Shown piece after piece: positions 7,309-12,157 of a stretch of 12,157 nt of DNA. A program made the translations under genes and the position numbers. A model generated the notes under the pieces. It saw only the letters and a list, made by a program, of their open reading frames with translations, searched no databases and was not told the DNA's origin. The DNA is from Octopus sinensis (Eukaryota), in NCBI RefSeq assembly GCF_006345805.1, contig NW_021826644.1, forward strand, positions 1-12,157. Reading direction: 5' to 3'. Each line of letters opens with the position of its first letter. Within the stretch, counting starts at the first letter, position 1.

Positions 7309-8118
7309 AGCAATAATTATAACGATATAGAATATGGAGACTCGTTCATCCCCAAAATTTATTCACTTTTATTTCACACTTACATACGCCATATTTTTAT
7401 GGATATTACGACCTACGCGTGTTGCCATTGCACGCAGTATGGCCAGCTGCACATCCAACCGGGCATAATTTTCTGTATAGCTTCGTTCAGGGTCTCTCCA
7501 TTAGTAAGTCTAGTGGAGGCGCAATGGCCCAGTGGTTAGGGCAGCGGACTCGCGGTCATAGGATCGCGGTTTCGATTCCCAGATCGGGCGTTGTGAGTGT
7601 TTATTGAGCGAAAACACCTAAAGCTCCACGAGGCTCCGGCAGGGGATGGTGGTGATCCCTGCTGTACTCTTTCACCACAACTTTCTCTCACTCTTACATC
7701 CTGTTTCTGTTGTACCTGTATTTCAAAGGGGCCGGCCTTGTCACTCTCTGTGTCACGCTGAATATCCCCGAGAACTACGTTAAGGGTACACGTGTCTGTG
7801 GAGTGCTCAGCCACTTACACGTTAATTTCACGAGCAGGCTGTTCCGTTGATTCGGATCAACCGGAACCCTCGTCGTCGTAACCGACGGAGTGCTTCCATC
7901 CATCCATCCATTAGTAAGTCTCGAAGCAAATTCTTGGGTGGAGACACCCTGAACGGAGCTGCACAATAAAAAACTATGCCCGGTTTCATGTGCAACCGCC
8001 CATACTCTGTTTAAGTCGTAATAAACATGAATATATGTTGTATGAAATAGCAAATTAAAAGGAAATAAATTTTGAGAATAAACAAGTTTCCATGTTCTCT
8101 ATTGTTATAACTATTGCT
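7309..8118. mobile_element. Foldback/palindromic non-autonomous DNA element with ~190-bp arms, interrupted centrally by a SINE
   Basis: Left arm 7309-7500 aligns to the reverse complement of right arm 7939-8118. The first 63 bp are ungapped with 11 mismatches by my hand alignment. Termini are AGCAATA(A/G)TTATAAC, flanks are TG (left) and TA (right), and the reconstructed spacer is 28 bp. Confidence 0.85.
7512..7906 (+). mobile_element. Full-length tRNA-derived SINE (family D) with a perfect 15-bp TSD
   Basis: A-box TGGCCCAGTGG, B-box GGTTTCGATTCC, (CCAT)n tail. TSD TCCATTAGTAAGTCT at 7497-7511 and 7907-7921. Confidence 0.9.
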
Positions 8119-8314
8119 TATATACACTCCAGATAATACTGCCATCCAGGGAAGTGAACACACGGAATTATTCAAATAAAGAATTTAAAGTCTGACTGAC
8201 AACTCATGGTAGTCATTGAAAGTAAATACTAATCGATGCAGTTAGCCTTAATCTGGAACATAACTGAGAGCCACCACGGTATCTACCCAGCTAATATATC
8301 CCTTTAAACTCACA

Positions 8315-8317
<3 letters not shown>

Positions 8318-8393
<76 letters not shown>
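8318..8393. repeat. (TA)n microsatellite
   Basis: Direct reading. Confidence 0.95.
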
Positions 8394-8396
<3 letters not shown>

Positions 8397-8580
8397 AGAG
8401 CTTACGAAAAAAAAACAAAAGATGAAGACAGGTGGTGTACCAAAACAACCGATGTATTAGTATAATGCTCAGGAATAGAAAAAGTATTTTACGTTTCGAG
8501 CCTACGCTCTTCTACAGAAAGGGACACAGAAAAAACAAGGAGAGAAAAAATGTGTGTAGTGGTGAACGATCTATCATGGC
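8394..8580 (-). mobile_element. Probable Penelope-like element terminal fragment between two (TA)n tracts
   Basis: A non-repetitive 187-bp block flanked by (TA)n on both sides (8318-8393, 8581-8607). It carries a minimal hammerhead-like motif of the type associated with Penelope pLTRs. No protein homology was seen, so the assignment is inferential. Confidence 0.4.
8487..8520 (-). ncRNA. Minimal hammerhead-ribozyme-like motif (variant core)
   Basis: Minus-strand RNA: UUU CUGUAGA A GAGC-GUAG-GCUC GAAA C GUA AAA. Stem II is 4 bp plus a tetraloop, stem I is UUU/AAA, and there is a palindromic ACGU in place of stem III. Core position 6 is U rather than the conserved A. Confidence 0.4.
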
Positions 8581-8892
8581 ATATATATATATATATATAT
8601 ATATATACGAAGCTGGGTCCCTGAGATTCTCTGTCCGAAGAATTTCTAATAGGAGATACATACACAGTCGATTTTGTAACTTCTATTAGCAAATGAAACA
8701 CGTGGAATCGTGGATAAGTAATACTACCACCTTTTCCCCACCCCTCGTTGGGTGTCAGCGTGGTCGTATCACACTAGTTCTTCTCGTTCTTACCCACGTG
8801 ATCAATCTTGCGTTCGAGGTCTTTTGAAATATTTGGTGCCAAGTATTCTTTGCTTGCCGTATTACTGACTGGAACAAACTGCAAACATGAAG

Positions 8893-9103
8893 CGAGATTG
8901 CTATCTTGGGTACATTTTATCAGATTTTACATATATACACACATACAGATACGCATGTATACGCGTATATAGATATATCATATATTTTACATACACACTT
9001 AATATATATTATCAATTAAATATTTATTAGACATTAATATATTCAAATGCATATACATACATACATATAAATCTGATAAAATATACCGAAGATAGTGATC
9101 TCG
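8893..9103. mobile_element. MITE-like element with 35-bp inverted repeats
   Basis: 8893-8927 CGAGATTGCTATCTTGGGTACATTTTATCAGATTT vs reverse complement of 9069-9103 CGAGATCACTATCTTCGGTATATTTTATCAGATTT (31/35). AT-rich interior; no TSD identified. Confidence 0.65.
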
Positions 9104-9300
9104 ATACAAGATTTCACCCATCCCTCGAGTGCCTCTCAGAGCTTCTGGAAAAATGTCGCCACTGATAAAATGCGTAGGTGGGAAAAACTAAGTAAGGAAA
9201 CGAAAATTAATAACCTTCGTTGAGCAAACAGTTACCATAACATTTTAATTCATCTACATTATTTACATTTGAGAGATATTTGTCCTCATTTGTTTGTTGT

Positions 9301-9345
9301 TAACAACGTTTCGGCTGATATATCCTCCAGCCTTCTTCAGGTGTC
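9301..9345 (-). ncRNA. Minimal hammerhead-ribozyme motif
   Basis: Minus-strand RNA: GACAC CUGAAGA A GGCUG-GAGGAUAUAU-CAGCC GAAA C GUU GUUA. It has a canonical CUGANGA and GAAA core, a 5-bp stem II and a palindromic AACGUU in place of stem III. Stem I is only 2 bp in this copy. Confidence 0.55.
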
Positions 9346-9404
9346 TTGGGGAAATTTCGAACCTGGGTTCTCATTCCTAAGGTATTTTTCGATGCTATTA
9401 TTCA

Positions 9405-9477
9405 GGTCACTGCCTGGAATAGAACTCGGAATCTTGGGGTTAGTAGCCCGCGCTCTTTACCACTACGCCATATGCCC
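9405..9477 (-). promoter_or_regulatory. tRNA-like Pol III promoter cassette inside the Penelope 3' region
   Basis: GGGCATATGGCGTAGTGGTAAAGAGCGCGGGCTACTAACCCCAAGATTCCGAGTTCTATTCCAGGCAGTGACC: A-box TGGCGTAGTGG, a 7-nt anticodon-like loop CTACTAA in a GGG/CCC stem, and B-box GAGTTCTATTCC (one mismatch to GTTCGANTCC). Acceptor and T stems are imperfect, so this is not a tRNA gene. Confidence 0.65.
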
Positions 9478-9532
9478 GTGGGCAATTATGGAGTGAATTT
9501 CTAGGGCTTATAAATCTAATATTTTCCTTCAT

Positions 9533-9691
9533 TAATACTGGTTCCCATATGCTGCTCATATCTGCATTCGGTCTGCTTAGGAGGTTGTTGTATCCTAGCA
9601 TATGTGCTGCTTCTTTTAGCTTTCGTATTTTCAAGTGGTGTTCTCTGTCTGTTATTTTAACTTCACCCCACAGAAGGAGGTGGTCTCCATT
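9533..9691 (-). pseudogene. Penelope GIY-YIG endonuclease C-terminal remnant
   Basis: NGDHLLLWGEVKITDREHHLKIRKLKEAAHMLGYNNLLSRPNADMSSIWEPVL (within ORF 9440-9817) fits the PLE pattern H...W..VKI.DRE......R..KEA.......LNR......W. Confidence 0.7.
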
Positions 9692-9735
9692 TTTTTTTTT
9701 AAATATAAAACTGTATTTTAATTCATCTTGCATAT

Positions 9736-9951
9736 AAGGCGGTGAGCTGGCAGAATCGTTAGCACGCCGGACGAAATGCTTAGCAGCATTTCGTCCGCCT
9801 TTATGCTCTGAGTTCAAATAACGCCACTTTCGACTTAGCCTTTCATCCCTCTGGGATCAATAAAATGAGTACTAATTGAAAGCTGGGGTCGATGTAATCG
9901 ACTTACGCTCTACCCCGAAATTGCTGGCCCTGCGCCAAAATTTGAAACCAA
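9736..9951 (+). mobile_element. SINE family B (B4), full length
   Basis: AAGGCGGTGAGCTGGCAGAATCGTTAGC..GAGTTCAAAT..GCCTTTCATCCCTCTGGGATCAATAAAATGAGTAC..AAATTTGAAACCA, running into (ATGT)n. Confidence 0.85.
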
Positions 9952-10250
9952 TGTATGTATGTATATATGTATGTGCGTTTTCTGGTTTTAATTTAGAGTT
10001 AGTTTTGACCGGCCACTGACTTGGTAGCATAGTTGTGAAGAAAAGTTTCCTTTTTTAACGATTGACCTTTAAATCTTGAAAAAGGTTTTGCAGATTTTTA
10101 TAGCCCCAGATATCGCGATCATTTTCAGCTTATGAATTAAGGACTTGCATTCTCTCCTCACGTTCCCAAATTCAGCCTCATTTTGCTCCAGACAGGTTGG
10201 TATGTATCCTATTGCTCCAATAATGATAGGTAAGAAGCTGAGAGTGCATG
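9951..10250 (-). mobile_element. 5'-truncated R4/Dong-like RLE non-LTR retrotransposon, subfamily 1 (R0)
   Basis: Minus-strand open frame 10069-10245, ..LSFLPIIIGAIGYIPTCLEQNEAEFGNVRRECKSLIHKLKMIAISGAIKICKTFFKI*, matches the C-terminus of restriction-like endonuclease LINEs (PI.IGALG...). A ~95-bp 3'UTR follows and ends in (CATA)n. Confidence 0.7.
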
Positions 10251-10275
10251 TATGTATATATGTATGTATGTCAGC

Positions 10276-10599
10276 ATTACATCCGCCTTAACGAAGGCAG
10301 AGGTATTGTTTTCAGTTATGTTTGTTTGTTTGTCCGTGAATTCGGATGAATTTTTCAAGGAAATTTGGCCTCGTGACTGGCAGGAACTGACTAGATATTG
10401 GGATCGATCCGGCACCAGACAAGGCTTCTGGATTATTTTTCCTGTTTTTTTTACTTACTTTCTGAGAGCAGTATTCTCGTTTGTGAGAGCAGTCGAGTTG
10501 ATATCAGATATTCTCATTTTAAAAATCCTCTCTGGCAAATCGTTGACAAGACGTTGGTGTTGCCTTGGCAGAGGTTTGTACTCTCTGAGTGCTCTTGTT
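10276..10599 (-). mobile_element. Non-autonomous Helentron/Helitron2-type element (DINE-1/HINE-like)
   Basis: Terminal hairpin TACATCCGCCTT-AACG-AAGGCAGAGGTA (10278-10305), adjacent (GTTT)n, and a subterminal inverted repeat GCCTTGGCAGAGGT (10562-10575). The end CTCTCTGAGTGCTCTTGTT lies next to a T-rich site. This is the established HINE architecture. Confidence 0.75.
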
Positions 10600-10663
10600 C
10601 AGTTTTTTTTTAGATCCAAGGCTCCTTCACTGGAATTTCAACATCAACAACAGCGTATTTTTT

Positions 10664-10678
10664 ATGTATGTATGTATG

Positions 10679-10712
<34 letters not shown>

Positions 10713-10950
10713 TGTATGTATGTATGTATGTATGTATGTATGTATGTATGTATGTACGTACGTATGTATGTATGTATTTATTTATTTATGTATGTATGCA
10801 GGCATGCATGTATGTATGCATGTATGTATTTATGTATGCATGTATGTATGTATGTGATGTAGTATGTATGTTTATATGTATGTATGTAAGCATGTATGTA
10901 TGCATGCATGCATGCATGCATGTATGTATGTATGTATGTATGTATGTATG
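10664..10950. repeat. (TATG)n microsatellite within the R1 3'UTR
   Basis: Direct reading; source of the MYVC/HTYI ORFs. Confidence 0.95.
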
Positions 10951-11358
10951 TTTGTATATGTACAGATTTGTATGTTTTTGTTTTATGTATGTCTTCTCAT
11001 GCATATAGTTGCATATCTAGACATGCTCAAAAATATTTAAATGATAAACTTGTGCAAAGTTTTACAGATTTTTACAGTTCAAATAATGGATTGGATCTGT
11101 AGTCTTCGAATAAGCATTCTCCTTTCTGGTTTTGAGAAGCCTAATTTCTCAAGATTGGTATTTAGGCAGTGTGTTACATATCCCATTGCCCCAATAATTT
11201 ACTGGTATGAACCTCAACTTGAAATCTGAATAGAGTATCTGCAGATTTCTCAATAGATCAGCATAAGTGTCCTTTTTTATTGATCTTCAGCCGTATGTTA
11301 ACTGGTTTCCACAACTGTGCACAGTTTCTCTTCTCTATCCCAAATCATTATATCTGTC

Positions 11359-11414
11359 GTTTCTAACCTAGATCCAAGGCGCCTTCATTGAAATTTCAAC
11401 ATCAACAGCAGGGT
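11359..11414 (-). mobile_element. Isolated 3'UTR block X of another R4/Dong-like copy (R2)
   Basis: GTTTCTAACCTAGATCCAAGGCGCCTTCATTGAAATTTCAACATCAACAGCAGGGT matches 10612-10660 and ~11479-11540. Confidence 0.7.
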
Positions 11415-11781
11415 ATGTATGTATGTATGTCATTACTTAGTTTTATTTCAAGACTTCTTGCAAATAGAAAAAGAACCGGTTTCTAACCTAGATCCAAGGG
11501 TCTTTCGTTGGAATTTCAACATCAACAACAAGGTATTTTTGTTAGTATGTATGTATGCGCAGATTTGTATGGTTTGTTTTAAGTATGTATTCTCACGCAT
11601 ATAGTTGCATATCTAGACATGTTCATATATATCTAAATGATAAACTTCTGGAAAGTTTCACAGATTTTTACAGTTCCAGTGATGGATTGGATCTGTAGTC
11701 TTCGAATTAGCATTCTCCTTTCTGGTTTTGAGAGGCCTAATTTCTCAAGAATGGTATTTAGGCAGTGTGTTACATATCCCA
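11415..11781 (-). mobile_element. 5'-truncated R4/Dong-like RLE LINE, subfamily 2 (R3), with complete 3'UTR
   Basis: Coding remnant 11633-11780, GYVTHCLNTILEKLGLSKPERRMLIRRLQIQSITGTVKICETFQKFII*. The 3'UTR is collinear with R1, with a much shorter internal (CATA)n, and ends ..AAAACTAAGTAATGACATACATAC. Confidence 0.75.
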
Positions 11782-12157
11782 GTATGTATGTTTCTATATA
11801 TGTATGTATGTATGTATGCATGTATGTATGTATGTATGTATGTATGTATGTATGTATGTATGTATGTATGTACGTCAGTAGGTATGTATGTATGTGTGTA
11901 TGTATGTATGTATGTATGTATGTATGTATGCATGTATGTATGTATGTATGAATGAATGTATGTATGTATGTATGAAGAATGTATGTGTGTGGTATGTATG
12001 TATGTATGTAGTGTTGTATGTTGTATGTCTGTATGTATGTCTGTATGCATGTATGTATGCATGTATGTATGTATGTATGTATGTGTATGTATGTATGTAT
12101 GTATGTATGTATGTATGTACGTCAGTAGGTATGTATGTATGTATGTGTATGTATGTA
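11781..12157. repeat. (TATG)n imperfect microsatellite running to the window end
   Basis: Direct reading. Confidence 0.95.

Larger units (their letters stand above)
9255..9692 (-). mobile_element. 5'-truncated Penelope-like retroelement (GIY-YIG C-terminus plus 3'/pLTR region)
   Basis: An endonuclease C-terminal peptide, followed downstream by a tRNA-like cassette and a minimal hammerhead motif. The left boundary is approximate. Confidence 0.75.
10250..11358 (-). mobile_element. 5'-truncated R4/Dong-like RLE LINE, subfamily 2 (R1), with Helentron insertion at its 3' end
   Basis: Coding remnant 11037-11358: DIMIWDREEKLCTVVE (PD..D/ExK-type region) ... DTYADLLRNLQILYSDFKLRFIPV/IIGAMGYVTHCLNTNLEKLGFSKPERRMLIRRLQIQSII*TVKICKTLHKFII*, with frameshifts. 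The 3'UTR comprises a unique part, internal (CATA)n at 10664-10950, block X at 10600-10663, and terminal TGACATACATAC at ~10262-10273. Confidence 0.75.

Noticed and set aside
6921-7315. Apparent 11-bp TSD (TGTGAGTAATA / TGTGAGCAATA) around SINE A6
   Set aside because: The right copy is explained by the A6 microsatellite end plus the foldback element terminus AGCAATA, so it is probably coincidental.
7512-7590. tRNA gene candidates (also 5389-5499, 9405-9477 and the A/B heads)
   Set aside because: A/B boxes are present, but cloverleaf stems are broken and the sequences continue into SINE or PLE bodies.
8731-9187. Inverted TTTTCCCACC / GGTGGGAAAA suggesting a larger foldback around the 8893-9103 element
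   Set aside because: Only ~10 bp match and the intervening sequences do not align, so it is likely chance.
9769-9780. GACGAAA in SINE B as a hammerhead half
   Set aside because: No upstream CUGANGA; it is one arm of a simple hairpin.
9440-9817. 125-aa ORF as an intact gene
   Set aside because: Chimeric: the first 42 codons come from antisense SINE B4, spacer and poly-T, and the last codons from the tRNA-like cassette. Only residues 43-95 are a GIY-YIG remnant.
10612-10662. Block X translating to KYAVVDVEIP, resembling an RLE motif
   Set aside because: Comparison with R3 shows block X lies downstream of the stop codon, in the 3'UTR.
10252-10857. Longest ORF (201 aa)
   Set aside because: Chance read-through of the Helentron element plus (TATG)n, which lacks stops in this frame.
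10589-12062. MYVC/HTYI-repeat ORFs
   Set aside because: Artefacts of (TATG)n. Only the embedded RLE peptide in ORF 11633-11821 is meaningful.

Overview
This is a repeat-saturated, AT-rich eukaryotic non-coding window with no host-gene exon I can support. The SINE families, microsatellite load and LINE types resemble what I recall of octopus (cephalopod) genomes, which is inference. Nearly all ORFs in the supplied track are microsatellite artefacts. The real coding remnants are transposon-derived: a mariner transposase C-terminus (362-430, -), an RTE-X-like LINE end (2160-2418, +), a Penelope GIY-YIG C-terminus (9533-9691, -) and restriction-like-endonuclease (R4/Dong-like) LINE ends (10069-10245, 11037-11358, 11633-11780, all -). 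Other content includes many tRNA-derived SINEs from 3-4 families, several MITE-like inverted-repeat elements, a hAT-terminus-derived tandem triplication and a Helentron-type element. Five observations stand out. (1) A Penelope 3' region carries a tRNA-like Pol III cassette directly upstream of a minimal hammerhead-ribozyme motif. (2) A second hammerhead-like motif with the same architecture sits in an unrelated repeat ~800 bp away. (3) A head-to-tail stack of R4/Dong-like LINEs from two subfamilies is embedded throughout in (CATA)n. (4) A ~190-bp-arm foldback element has a young SINE with a perfect 15-bp TSD in its loop. (5) Tandem duplications break exactly at a hAT terminus. Family names come from remembered consensus motifs, not database searches.
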